64,000 bases of DNA, taken from Azolla caroliniana. Its lineage: Eukaryota; Plantae; Polypodiophyta. Each line of letters starts with the position of its first letter. Within the stretch, counting starts at the first letter, position 1. Shown here in pieces: positions 25,598-36,879 of the stretch. The translations under genes and the position numbers were made by a program. The stretch lies in the NCBI GenBank assembly GCA_043228905.1, contig JBHGNT010000009.1:9424001-9488000 (forward strand), read 5' to 3'. A model generated the notes under the pieces. The model saw nothing but the letters and a program-made list of their open reading frames with translations. It searched no databases and had not been told where the DNA came from.

Positions 25598-28500
25598 TTA
25601 CTCTTCGCCTGCCGGCCCTTTCTCGGCCTCGGATCGGTCGTCGCTGCTGTCCAGGAGAATCGGGTCGGGTTCGTCGTCGTGCCGCTTCTTGAAAGCTTTG
25701 ATCCTCTTCCCGGCCACGGGTATCGCTATTCTCGTACCGTCGAGTTCCGCCAGATGATACGTCCCGTTGTCGTTGGCGCTCTGTACCGTGTACGGCCCGA
25801 ACCATCTCTGTGCGAACTTCCGCGTTGCTCGGTGCTGGTTGTCGAGGCTGCTGTCGTAGACGAGCACCCAGTCACCTTCGTCGATTTTCTTCGGTCGTAG
25901 CCGGTGCGTTCGGTCGAACCGGGCTTTGTTCTTTGTCCTCGCCACCCGGAGCTTCTCCGTAGCCAGTGCCACGTCCTCCGGTCTCCGCTCGAGCTGTCGT
26001 ATGCGCGCGGCCAACAACTCCTCCCGGCTCATCTCGTCCCTCCAGTCGACCGTTGCCCACGAGGAGATCGTCCGTTCAATCGGCATGATCGGCTTCTGGC
26101 CGAACATGAGCTCTGTCGGCATGTACCCGGTTACCGAACTGTGCGTGGTCTGGTCCGCCCACAAAGCATAAGGTAGGAGCCGCGGCCAGTCACCGATTCG
26201 GCCTCCGCATGCCCGAACCAACGCTTTGACGATCGGTCCGTGTCCGCGCTCCACCTTCCCATTCGCCTCCGGATTGTACGCAGTGGTGAGCGAGAGCTTG
26301 ACCCCCAGCCGGTCGAATAGCTCCGCGGCTTCTTCGGCGTCCAACTCCCCTCGGTCAGCCACGATCTTCCCGACGCACCCGTACCGGCATATCACGTCCT
26401 CGATTAGGAACCGACACACGGCCGCGGTCGTCTTGTTCTGAAGGGCTCGGCCTTCCACCTGGTTCGTCAGGTCTTCCCGTGCTAGGACCAGATACCGCAT
26501 CTGTCCTACCCCCATCGGCATCGTCACCAGATCTACCATCCATTTGAAGTGGATAGTCGGAGGGTACGTAGGGCGAAGCCCGTCCCGGTGTCGGACTATC
26601 GAGTGCATCTGACAACTCTCGCAAGTTGACACGAACCGATGCACGTCCCGGTACAATCCCGGCCACCAGTACTTCCCCTTCAGCTTCTCAAAAGTCGCCC
26701 ACGTTCCACGGTGCCCAGCCCAAGGGCTGTCGTGGTGGGCCGCCAGTAGCTCCTCCTGTTCTTCCTTCATCGCCACCACCCGGAGCGGGACGCCGTTCCT
26801 CTTCTTCGGGTGCTTCCACAAATTCCCATCTCGGAGAAAGAATCGATATGCTTTCTTCCGGATCCGGTTGGCCTCGTCCTTCGTCCATGACGCATCGGGC
26901 ATCATTGTCTTCAAAAACCCGCCGATCTGCAGCCACTCCCCGTCGTACTTGCTCGCGTCGAACTCGTTAAGCGCCGGAGTGCTCATCCCGTCGGTCGTTA
27001 TGTATGCCGCCTCGAAGAAATCCACGCCGACTTCTTCGTCTTCCGAAACCATGCCGCCCTCGTCGTCGAACCTCGCCCTCGAAAGCATGTCGGCCATGGC
27101 GTTGTCTTTCCCGGAAATGTGTCGTATTTCCGGGTCCAGGGACTTGATGTACGCTATCCACCTGAGCATCGCCAGGTCCGGGGTCGCGCATCCGGAAACC
27201 ATACCGAGAATCGGCAGGCAATCCGTCTCGATGATCACTTCTGTCCCTATCAGGTAATCTTTGTCGGCCTTAACCGCCGAAACAATACCCCAGAGTTCGC
27301 GTTTAACCTGGGCGTATCCTCGCTGTCGTTCACTGAGGACTTTCGCGCCGAATCGGATCGGAAACCGATTGCCGTCCTCGTCTTCCTGGTTCACGACCCA
27401 TCCGATCCCGGTCGGACTGGTATCCACCGTTATGAATACCGGGGTGCCCCTCCCGTATACCGCCTTCCGGAGTGCCGGTGCCGCTGCAAGGGCCTCTTTC
27501 AGCTTCCGGACCGATTCCGCGTGCTCGTCCAGCCATTCGAACCTTCGCCCCTTTTTCAGCAACCCGTACAGTGGCTCCGCGACGTGCGCGTAATGCGGGA
27601 TCCATATGTGGTAGAACGCGCATGCCCCCAGAAATCTCCGTACTTCCGTGACCGAGCTGCAGTCGGGCTTCATCGCGGAGATGGCTTCTACCTTTGCCGG
27701 AGACGGTTTCCGGCCATATGGTCCGCACAGGTGTCCGACCACCATGATTTCTGACTGCCCGAAGGCCGACTTCTCCCCGGAGAAGGTGAGTCTCGCATCC
27801 TCTAGCCTTTGCAGCACCTTCTCGCAGTCGTCGATGTGCGTCGCCACGAATCGCCGGCATCCGTCCGGCCCGATCGTCTCGTCCCTTTCTTCCACCGGGC
27901 ATCCCTTGATCGGAATGTCGTCCAGAAACGGCATGGTGATGTCCGGGATACAGTCCCTCAGAACCTTGTTCATCGCATTCACCATGTGGGCCACCGAGTT
28001 GGTCCCTCCTTGCGGCAGTGTACACATCCGAACTAGGCCGAGGGGAGTTCGCATCGTCGTAATGTCTCTGCTCTCCACGGCTAGCTGGAACTGGTCGTAC
28101 CCCGAGTATAGATCCCCGACCGAGTAAATTGACCTTCCGGCGAAGGCCTCCGCGAACTCGTCTATGGTCGGTCCGATCCCTGCGTTCCGAATGGTCACTC
28201 GATTGACCGGCTGCAGGTCCTGGATGAAGCGCAACGAACCGTTTTTCTTCGGTACGGTAAACCATCGATTCGAATATGGGGCGCTCGACGGCTCGAGAAT
28301 TCCCATATCAACTTTCTGCCTCAGCAGCTCCATCAACTTCGGGATGTGAGCTCTCGGAACCGGGATTGGCTTGAGATTCCATGGTACATGCGGTACCGTG
28401 AATATCACCATTGGCTCCACGATCGTCGGGTCAACGCACCCGATTTCCTCCGGCGAGAATGCGAAGGCTTTCCCGTGCCTTCCGAGCATTCTCCGAAACC

Positions 28501-29080
28501 GGTCTTCCTCCGCCGGCAGTAGGAACCCGCCCCCACCTATTTTGAGCTCTCGGAGCGTCTCGTCGGTGAAGGTGTGCCCTATGCAGGCCGGATCTCGTAG
28601 ACTAGGGTCCGATGCAACCCCTTTGATTCTCGACGCGCTGTCCTCCGGTAAGGGTGCCGCGACTGGCCTTACCTTCCGGTCTACAGTCTTGTACTTGGTG
28701 CTTACGCGGGCCGTCCGAACTGACTCGAGTCCTCGACCGAAGTCCATGATGACTCCGTACATCTCCTCGGAACACACCGGTATCGTCCGGTCTTCGTTAA
28801 GGCCTTCTTCGACCACCTTTCCCAGCGTCCCCAAGGTGTCGTCGAATGAGACCGCCTCCACGGCTCCGCTGATTTCCTCGTCAGGGCCGAGAACTCCGCA
28901 CGCTCGAAGTCTCCCCTCCGCCTTTGTCTTCTCTCGGCCGCCGATGCCGACTATCGTACACGCTCCGCTGTCGGAGAAGCAAAATACCCTACCTGTCGTA
29001 CACGGTTTTATCGTACAAATGTGGGGTTTTCCCGGAGCATCCGGACTGTCGCGGCCCCACGCCTTGGCAGTCCTCTCTAA
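25598..29080 (-). CDS. Gypsy pol (RT-RNase H-integrase), open frame entered by predicted -1 frameshift
   Basis: LPQGGTNS...FLDD, DTS...ETD, HHCC, D-D-E, WFGPY. Frame is open upstream of the called start to the slippery site, with no ATG in between. Confidence 0.9.
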   Translation of the reverse strand, partial: LERTAKAWGRDSPDAPGKPHICTIKPCTTGRVFCFSDSGACTIVGIGGREKTKAEGRLRACGVLGPDEEISGAVEAVSFDDTLGTLGKVVEEGLNEDRTIPVCSEEMYGVIMDFGRGLESVRTARVSTKYKTVDRKVRPVAAPLPEDSASRIKGVASDPSLRDPACIGHTFTDETLRELKIGGGGFLLPAEEDRFRRMLGRHGKAFAFSPEEIGCVDPTIVEPMVIFTVPHVPWNLKPIPVPRAHIPKLMELLRQKVDMGILEPSSAPYSNRWFTVPKKNGSLRFIQDLQPVNRVTIRNAGIGPTIDEFAEAFAGRSIYSVGDLYSGYDQFQLAVESRDITTMRTPLGLVRMCTLPQGGTNSVAHMVNAMNKVLRDCIPDITMPFLDDIPIKGCPVEERDETIGPDGCRRFVATHIDDCEKVLQRLEDARLTFSGEKSAFGQSEIMVVGHLCGPYGRKPSPAKVEAISAMKPDCSSVTEVRRFLGACAFYHIWIPHYAHVAEPLYGLLKKGRRFEWLDEHAESVRKLKEALAAAPALRKAVYGRGTPVFITVDTSPTGIGWVVNQEDEDGNRFPIRFGAKVLSERQRGYAQVKRELWGIVSAVKADKDYLIGTEVIIETDCLPILGMVSGCATPDLAMLRWIAYIKSLDPEIRHISGKDNAMADMLSRARFDDEGGMVSEDEEVGVDFFEAAYITTDGMSTPALNEFDASKYDGEWLQIGGFLKTMMPDASWTKDEANRIRKKAYRFFLRDGNLWKHPKKRNGVPLRVVAMKEEQEELLAAHHDSPWAGHRGTWATFEKLKGKYWWPGLYRDVHRFVSTCESCQMHSIVRHRDGLRPTYPPTIHFKWMVDLVTMPMGVGQMRYLVLAREDLTNQVEGRALQNKTTAAVCRFLIEDVICRYGCVGKIVADRGELDAEEAAELFDRLGVKLSLTTAYNPEANGKVERGHGPIVKALVRACGGRIGDWPRLLPYALWADQTTHSSVTGYMPTELMFGQKPIMPIERTISSWATVDWRDEMSREELLAARIRQLERRPEDVALATEKLRVARTKNKARFDRTHRLRPKKIDEGDWVLVYDSSLDNQHRATRKFAQRWFGPYTVQSANDNGTYHLAELDGTRIAIPVAGKRIKAFKKRHDDEPDPILLDSSDDRSEAEKGPAGEE

Positions 29081-31203
29081 AAATCCTCTCGGTTATCGGA
29101 ACCGAGGGAGTCGCGGTTACGCTCGTGGTTCGGCCTGACCTTCAAAAACTGGACCGAATGGCGCCCGTCCTAGCTCTTGACCCGCGCATAGGCCGAACCG
29201 TTGTCCAGCACCTTGGTCTCCATTCGCGCCGCCGTGATGTACGGCTCTCCCAGTATGACCGGATGCGAAGACGTCTCCTGCACGAAGAAGTGCTGGTCAA
29301 TCTCGACATCGCCGATCTTGACTCGCACATTCGGACAGGCCCCGTGCAGTTCCTCGGTGGCGCGCGTTGCTGCCCTTATTTTCCACCCGTGCTTGGTGTT
29401 GATCGGCCATTTGCCCTTCTTATAGAAGTCCATGGACATCAAATTGATCTCCGATCCGTGGTCTACTAAAGCTACCACCGGTTCCTGGACATCGCCGATC
29501 TTCACCGGGGTTTCCGTGGTCGCTCGGGCCCAATGTGGTCTCGAATAGTGGCTTTCCGCCCACTCGTCTCCCAGCGCCATGTCGTCTAGGTGCGTCGTCC
29601 GCACTTCCACCGGTCTTTCCGGTTCTGTCTCCGTCGACAGCCTCTTCCGTTTCACCAAGTCCACGATGGAGTCGTGGAACTCCTTCTTGGCGATTCCCAG
29701 CACCTCTCGTAACGACAGCTCCACCTTGCTATCGAGGATCCGTTCCTCCAGGACCTTTCGTAAGTCCGTGGTTCTTTCTATCTCCGTCCCCAGACGGTAC
29801 CCGCCCTTCTGGGGTTTATCTCGCGTACCGGCCCCGCCGGCTTCGTCCCGTCGTGGCCCGGACCGGGTCTCGTATCGTTGTGAGGGCCCGGTCGTCCCGG
29901 GTCTCCCCACCCACTTCTCTTCTACCAGGGCCTCGTAGTTCCTGCAAGCGGCTTCCACGAAGCCCGTCTTTTCCTCGACCGGGTCGCTCCACCCGGTCAT
30001 CTCCCGTACCCGTTTCTCCGCACGGTCCGATTCCTCCCTTTTAAGCCCTGCACCGGCAAGGCCTTCCAGCATCGTCGGCCAGAATCCGGCTTTGCTTTCC
30101 CCCCGGGCCTCGCCGCCCCCGACTCGAATGCCGGCTGACGCCGAGTAGTGGACGGTTTCCGCGTGTCGGGCCGCCGCCTCTTCCATCAACCTTTTCATAC
30201 CACCCTTTCCGTCGTTTCGGCTCAGGGCCCTTCGGGTGTCGCTGGCATGCACCCGTCCTTCCCACAGGTACACCACCCTGTTCCTCAGCGCCTCCGCGAA
30301 GTCGCCGCAGTCCTTCCGAATGTGGCCGACTTCATCGCACCACATGCACCTGTTTCCTGCCGCCGGCCGTCGGTCACGAGCCGGTTCGCCTCCTTCCCTT
30401 CGGGCCTGCGCGATTTGGAGGTCCTTTATCGCCTTCGTTAATTCCTCCAGCGCCGCTCCTCCGGTTGAGCCTGTGACTACGCCGGTCGAAGCCGAACGGG
30501 TGTCCAACCACTCTCCGGTCCCTTCCTTTCGCACCCGTGGCGCTGGTTCGAACTTCCTTGCTGCGACCGAGCCCGACCCGGTCGCACCGTCATCCGCCCA
30601 TTCTCGCCGTTTGTCGAAACGGCCACAGACCTTCCTGACAGCCGCCCAGTCGGTAGTGAGCCCGTCTTCGGTTTCTAGCAGGGCGCCCACGTGACTCCGA
30701 TCCCTCTCGTCAACCGATTTGACGAACAGCAGGACCCGGCTTGTATCCAGGATCATCCTGTCAAGCGCCGAAAGGCGTGCGAAGTTCTCCTCGAACTCCC
30801 GGAGGAGCGCCGACGCGTTTCTTCCCTTTCCCGGGGACTCCACCCATTCCATGAACCTTCGCTTCGAAAGCCGGAGCGCGTCGTCCAGCCCGTATTTCTC
30901 TAGGAGCCGACCTTCGAACTCCTCCCAGGTACGGCTCTCCGTCCGTACCTCGAGCACCTCCGCATGGATGCTCGGCATCGCTACTCGGGGAAATCCGGCC
31001 AGACGCCTTTCTTCCGGAATGTCCCGCATCAGCATCTCTGCACCGTAGGACGCCAAATACTTCGTGGCATCCTTCCCATCGAACCGGCCGATCGTGCCGA
31101 CGACCGCCTCAATAGCTCTGTCGAGGGCACCGGTGCTCTCGCGCGCGTTTACAATCCGATCCACGGCCGAAGCCATGGCCTCTGCGAGATCCGACCCTCT
31201 CAT
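29077..31203 (-). pseudogene. Gag-protease ORF with one premature TAG (29170-29172)
   Basis: MRGSDLAEAM..., CMWCDEVGHIRKDC, LVDHGSE. The paralogue at 40.67 kb has CAG at this codon and continues to EDF*. Confidence 0.88.
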
Positions 31204-31225
31204 TTCCTGCTCTTCTGCCGCCTCT

Positions 31226-31243
31226 TTCACGTCGGGTTCACCA
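31226..31243 (-). promoter_or_regulatory. Primer-binding site complementary to plant tRNA-Trp
   Basis: TGGTGAACCCGACGTGAA, 4 nt from the LTR. Same 18-mer at 38601-38618. Confidence 0.85.
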
Positions 31244-31656
31244 AAGATGTCGAGATAATTACGCAAGTGCGTATGAAAATGAGGCGGGACCGCGGGGGTC
31301 ACGAACCAAAGAGCAAGCAAGGGAGGAGAAAGAGAGAGAACCTGCTACGCAGGACCGGGGATACGCAGGGACACGGCCCTTCAGCACGGAGAACGTGAAC
31401 AGACACTGACACAGACAGATGCGAATGACTAAATAAGTGTATTAACAAAAATGGCTAACACGACTACAACCCTCGATGGGGCACAGGTTGTTTACAACCG
31501 AACAGGCCGGCGAACAGATGCCGATGCCTGTTCGCTTCGAAACACAAACGGGGTGGCAGGTCGGAGGTGCTGCCGGAAGCACTCGGGCGTTCCTCGAAAC
31601 AGCGCGAGCCTCCTCAGAACCCTGCACAGAAGCTATGGAGCTTGAGAAGGAAGGAA

Positions 31657-31698
<42 letters not shown>

Positions 31699-31928
31699 GT
31701 CCAGAAACGGTCCGGCAGCACTTCGTCCTCTCCGCGCGAGATCCCCCCGCACTTCTATTCTTCCTCTTCCCTTTTATAGCCCGTCAAGAGGCCGTTTGGC
31801 ATTAACTGCATACCCCCGAATCTACCCACCTAGGATCCTCGTATGTACTTCTTGGCGCGCGTGTGTGCAGAGCCGTTTCCCACGCCTTGTTCCTCCGATT
31901 CCTCTTGTGGGCGGTTTTCTTCACGACA

Positions 31929-32914
31929 ACGCGTTCTCCCTCGGGAGTGTCGCGATCGCGTGGAGCAGTAAGAAGCAGTCGACAGTTGCACTGTCGAGCA
32001 CTGAAGCTAAGTACCGAGGAGCGGCTGTCGCGACATGCGAAGCCATATGGTTGAAGCAGCTTCTTAAGGACCTGCAAGAGGAGCTATCAGATCCGACAAC
32101 GATCTACTACGACAACCTCAGTAGCATCCAACTTGTGAAGAACCCTGTCTTCCACGCACGGACCAAGCACATTGAGGTGCACTACCATTTCGTCCGTGAG
32201 TGTGTCCTTTCCGGTGAAGTCGAACTTCAGTACGTTCCGACGGATCGGCAGGCTGCCGACATCTTCACCAAGCCTCTTGGTCTGGACAAGTTGCGGCAAC
32301 TCTCAGGTGCGCTCGGATTGCGTCACCTTGACGTGCCGAACTTGAGGGGGAGAACAGTCCCGAACGACCAAGCAAGGCAGCAGGAAAGGAGCAGACACCG
32401 CGACACCGAGTCGGTTGACTCGTTTGTTGACTCGGTTGATGACGGATCGGCTGTAGAAGCCGAGGGCGACTTCGGATCGGTTGAAGAAGCCGAGGGTGGA
32501 CCCGCGGAAAAGTTCGGAAGCGGACAAAAGGGGAGCAGCCGAAGGAGAGAGCCGAAGCCAACCACGCATAGGGGAGATGACGCCATCGAGGGCGAGAAGA
32601 CCGAAGATGAGTTGGAGACAGCCAACTCGGACGAGAGCGAAAACCGATCGGAGGTAGCCGAGTCGGTTCGGATGTTTGATTTAGACACGCTGAATCAATC
32701 GAGGCCCAAGCGGAAGAAAAGGAAACATAAGAAGCATCAACACCGCAACAACAGAAGAGCTGATGAGGGCCGCATGAGCAGACAAGCCGACCGGAAGGGT
32801 CGAAGCACGCGGAGTCGAACAGGTCGAGGAGCGCAAGCAAGGCGAGAAGCCAGGAGGAACCGGTGCTGTGAAGATCCCAAAGAGCCTCAAGTTGAGCTTG
32901 AGGGGGAGTGTTGA
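31929..32914 (+). pseudogene. Copia RNase H plus ~185-codon in-frame charged extension
   Basis: WSSKKQSTVALSSTEA...RTKHIEVHYHF...ADIFTKPL, then an acidic/basic low-complexity tail. Confidence 0.88.
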
Positions 32915-33293
32915 GAGACAAGCTCAACATCGGCCGGATCGGCTGAAGAAGCCGAGGACCGGATCAGTTGGGACCGATCGGTTAGGCCGAGTGCGTAAAC
33001 CGGGAGATCGTCAGGAAAGATATTCCGTGAGGAATATATTTGGGAGTTAATGTAGGAGCTCTTAATGAGCATTGAAGTACTGTCAGTACTTCAGTCAGTC
33101 CTTCCAGGACTTGTATAAAAGTGTTCACTGAGCACATCTTATGTACAGAGATTGAGTGTTATTGTTGAATATAGTTTTTTGTGTTTCTCTCTGTCTCTCC
33201 TGCGTATACCGTGTAAGCCTAAGCTCTCCATTGAACCTGAGTTTCCTTCCTCTGTTCTGTCTTCATACCTGCTTCCGCACGCTACTTTCTACA

Positions 33294-36200
33294 GTAAGCA
33301 TTATCTTAAGTGCCTCATATGCCTTATCCTCTGTTGCAGTCCATTGAAAAGGAGTCCGATGTACGGCAGCGTGTAGTGGTGTGGCGAAGTCCGCCAAATA
33401 CCGTATCATCCGACTATGCCACCGTATTTGGCCCAAAAACCAGCTAAGTGCTTTGGCATTTGTCGGAGTTTTAGCTTGCGTAATAGCGGAGATCTTGTTT
33501 GGGTCGACCGCTATTCCTTCCTTGCTGACTATGTGGCCTAGGAGAGCCCCGCTGGTCACGCCGAATGCACATTTCGCGGGATTCAGGCTTAAGCGTGCAG
33601 TGCGGCAACGTTCCAGGCAGAGACGTAAGTGCGAGAAATGGTCTTTTGTTCGCCCATATACCGCAAAATCTTCTAAAAAGACTTGTATGAACGCCGGAAT
33701 GTATTCCCCAAAGATCTCCGTAATCGTTCGTTGGAATGTTGTCAGTGCTGTCTTTAGGCCGAACATCATGACGACCGCACCATATACTCCCCAGTCCGTG
33801 ACAAATGTCGTCTTCTCCTGGTCGTCGGGGTGCATGCGCACTTGGTTATAGCCACTGAAGCCATCTAAGAAACTGTACATCTCATGGCTTGCGACGTCAT
33901 CCAGCACGCTATCAGTGAAGAGTAAGGGAAATGCGTCCGTAATGGTTACGGCGTTTAATTTTCGGTAATCCACGCATACCCGTATTTTTCCGTTTTTCTT
34001 TGGAACAACCACTATCGGGCTAAGCCATGTCGCTTGTTTTACTGGTCGTATGAACCCAGCCCTCAGCAGCTTGTCAATTTCTTCTTTCACGCGGGTCACG
34101 TAATTGGGGTTCATGCGGTAGCAACGTTGTTGGATAGGTTTCGCGTCTATTGCTAAATTGATCTTATGCTGATAGAACTTGGGATCTAACCCCTTCATGT
34201 CCTCATGAGCCCACGCGAACACATCTTTATATTCTGTGAGTAGTGCGATCATTGTGGTTCTCTGGTCCGGCCTCAATTCCTTTGCTATGGAGAGGAACCG
34301 GGGTTCCGATCCCGTACCCACATTCACTTCGTCGAGAGCGGAAGCGGTGACCCGTCGTGAAATCTCCATTTCCCTTTCGAAGGCCGCCCGTGCTCTGCTG
34401 AGTTCCGATATGGACTCTAGCTTTGGTTCGTACGGCTCTTCGCTTGGAACAATGGTCGTAGTATATTCTGTCGCAGTTGCGATGACATCTATCTCGAACA
34501 GCGGAATAATCCGAGGATGTTCGTCAAGGTACGCTTCCAATTCGGCATCCTCCACCCCAGCCAGCATATTGATGTCTTCCGCATATAACGGTGTTATCCT
34601 CTTAGGTTGGGGCGTGTTGCCTTCCGTAAGCACACGAACCTTGATGCGTCCCTGCCGGAAACCGATACACTCGTGTTGCCAGCTTTGCTTGATATTTGTT
34701 GTCCGAAGCCACGGTCTGCCCAGAAGCACTGGGTACGCTCCAGGCGTGTCCAAAGCGAGGACGACCGCCGATATGTCGAAGCGGTGTCAGCCCACGATGA
34801 TGCCTATTTTGCGAATTAGCCCCAACGACCGCACTGATCGGGTATCTGCCATGTGAAGCCAGAATGGACACGCCTCCCATTCGGAAATGCCTAGGGGTTC
34901 GCAAGTTTTCGCGCTAATCACATTGACGCCTGAGCCGTCGATTACACATCCAAGGACTTCCTGTCCGTGCAATATTACTGTAATGGCCGGGTTGTGCTGA
35001 TCTACCACTGGTGGTCCCTCGCTGACGTCAGTCAAGTTTGTGGCAACGCTTGCCCCGGTCATGCCCGCCACCTGTGCTTCCATGGTCTGGCGGAAACGTG
35101 GAACTAGCTGTAGTAGTTTTTCCATAGTTAGCGTGATTTCACAGCCCGTTAACACCTGCCAAATGGGGTCCGGCCCCGTTTTTTCGTTCTCTGTTTGCTT
35201 CATTGCATTCACGGACTCTTGCCTCATACGTTCTGTATTGGCCGCGTTTGCTTTTTCCACCCAGGCTTTGGCTTGTCGGCGTACCTCGTCCTGCGCAGCC
35301 CAATCCGCCGTTTTCGTTTGCTGGTGTGTGGTGACTTGTTGCACCTCCGCCGTAATCGTGTTGACGGCAGGCCCCTTTCCCTTGCGTGTTGGGCATTGTG
35401 TGGCATAATGTCCGGGTTGCTGTCAAATAAAATAGTGGATGCTTGATTCTCCCTTCTCAGCCCCAGGTGGAGTGTGTCGTTCTCCGGGCGCTACTTGCTC
35501 TTCGCGGTCCGGCCTCGTTTGTCGGGACGTACACGGTGGCTGTTGTTGATCCCGTCGTTGTTCCTGGTGCCGCTCATCCCCCGAGCTTTCGTTGTAACGC
35601 CGGTGATCCCTATATTGTCGAGGCTTACCTCGATAGCCATTGAAGCCGCCTCGTTTGTTCATCGAGCGTTGATGTTCGTATCGTCGGCCTCCTTTGGCGT
35701 AACTCGGATGTCCACGATAATCCTCGTCCTTCGGGTCCTCCTCCTCGGACTCGTTGTGATTCCGGCGATTCCGGTTGTACCTGTCCTCCCGCGGGTTGCG
35801 ATCCCTATATCGGGGTCGGTCTTCTTGCCTCTTTTGTTCCACCCGATGTGGTTGCCGCTGTGTGTCCATGCTGCGGACCGCGGGCGTGGCTCTATTTAAC
35901 ATATTGTACTCACATTGGTCAACTGTGTGAACCTTCGAGTGGCAGATTGGGCAGTGGATTCGCATATTGCACTCCACCGCGGAATGCCCCGAGTTCAAGC
36001 AAATCGTACACTGGATTGCCTGACGAAATTGGCGTTCCTCATACTAAGGTAACGCTTGTCGTAAGGATGACATCGAAAACCTCTCCTCCTCGTCATCCAA
36101 CTCGAGCTGTAACGCTCGTTCAATCACCATATCCGTTGTTTCCCCTTTCACTCTATTGTTGTTGAGCGTTGCCCTGATGGGCTGGCGTAACACTGCCAGA

Positions 36201-36830
36201 AATGTTTCCAGTGCCTCCTCCTCCGCAGGGCTTCGATCCAGTTTCCGTCGTAAATTTTGGAACCGTAAGCTGAAGTCTGCTATTGTCTTGGTCGGTAGTT
36301 GCTTAATTGTATAAAACTGCCCGAGAATCTCGCATTGTGGAACCCTCCGGTGAAAAAAACGCAAGAAGGCGGACTGGAGCTAATCGAAGGTTGTTATGGC
36401 CGGTAAATCCATTTGTGAATGCCAAAACGTCGCACGCCCATCTAATGTTAATCCGAACTCCGTCATTTTCGACTAGTGTCCAACCGTCTGGGAAAGGTTC
36501 TGTGCCATGTGGTTCGCATTCCAAACGTTCAAGAACATGCGAACATGAGTTGCGGCGTCGGTTTCGCCGTTAAAGCGGGGGTAGGCAAAGGCCATCGTGG
36601 GAGCTACGGCAGATCGGAGAAGGTCACCGGGAGGCTGCGGTAAGCGTGGTCCCCTCGCCTCGTCGAGGTATTTGGGGAGCAAGGACTCCTCTTTGCGCTC
36701 CTGGCAGGTATTATTGGGGTCGCCGATGCGTGGCTTTTGCCGAGCGCTCTCTTCTGCCTAGCGTGTGACGGACCTTGTTACTGGCCGGTCGTGTTTTGTT
36801 GGTTCTCTGAGTCGTCTGCGGCTAAACATC
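33294..36830 (-). pseudogene. Gag, protease and RT of the Arg-primed Gypsy
   Basis: Retrotrans-gag-like region, CCHC knuckles, PVLLGRPWL, IRVCVDYRKLN, LDGFSGYNQ. Catalytic motif mutated to FLED. Several stops. Confidence 0.9.
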
Positions 36831-36865
36831 CATTCATTGTTGCTCGTCTATGAGGAAACACAGAT

Positions 36866-36879
36866 CACCGGGCGTGCCA
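36866..36879 (-). promoter_or_regulatory. Primer-binding site, tRNA-Arg type
   Basis: TGGCACGCCCGGTG, 4 nt after the 5' LTR. Confidence 0.8.

Larger units (their letters stand above)
24845..31928 (-). mobile_element. Young Trp-primed Ty3/Gypsy, 681-bp LTRs (24845-25525, 31248-31928), 4-bp TSD ACGC
   Basis: LTRs appear identical. Removal restores Copia RNase H STSGYAFSLG. PPT ggttaggtgggggcgga. Confidence 0.96.
20508..33293 (+). mobile_element. Ty1/Copia element, LTRs 20508-20891 and 32909-33293, TSD GTAAG, Met PBS 20892-20903, PPT 32900-32908
   Basis: LTRs differ at ~14 sites by eye. Removal restores host KIMLT|QAPVVQPP. Confidence 0.96.

Noticed and set aside
28371-29138. Long antisense ORFs shared by both Trp-Gypsy copies (also 40739-41458, and alternative-frame ORF 27330-28265)
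   Set aside because: Expected shadows of GC-rich pol codon usage in closely related paralogues; no independent motifs.
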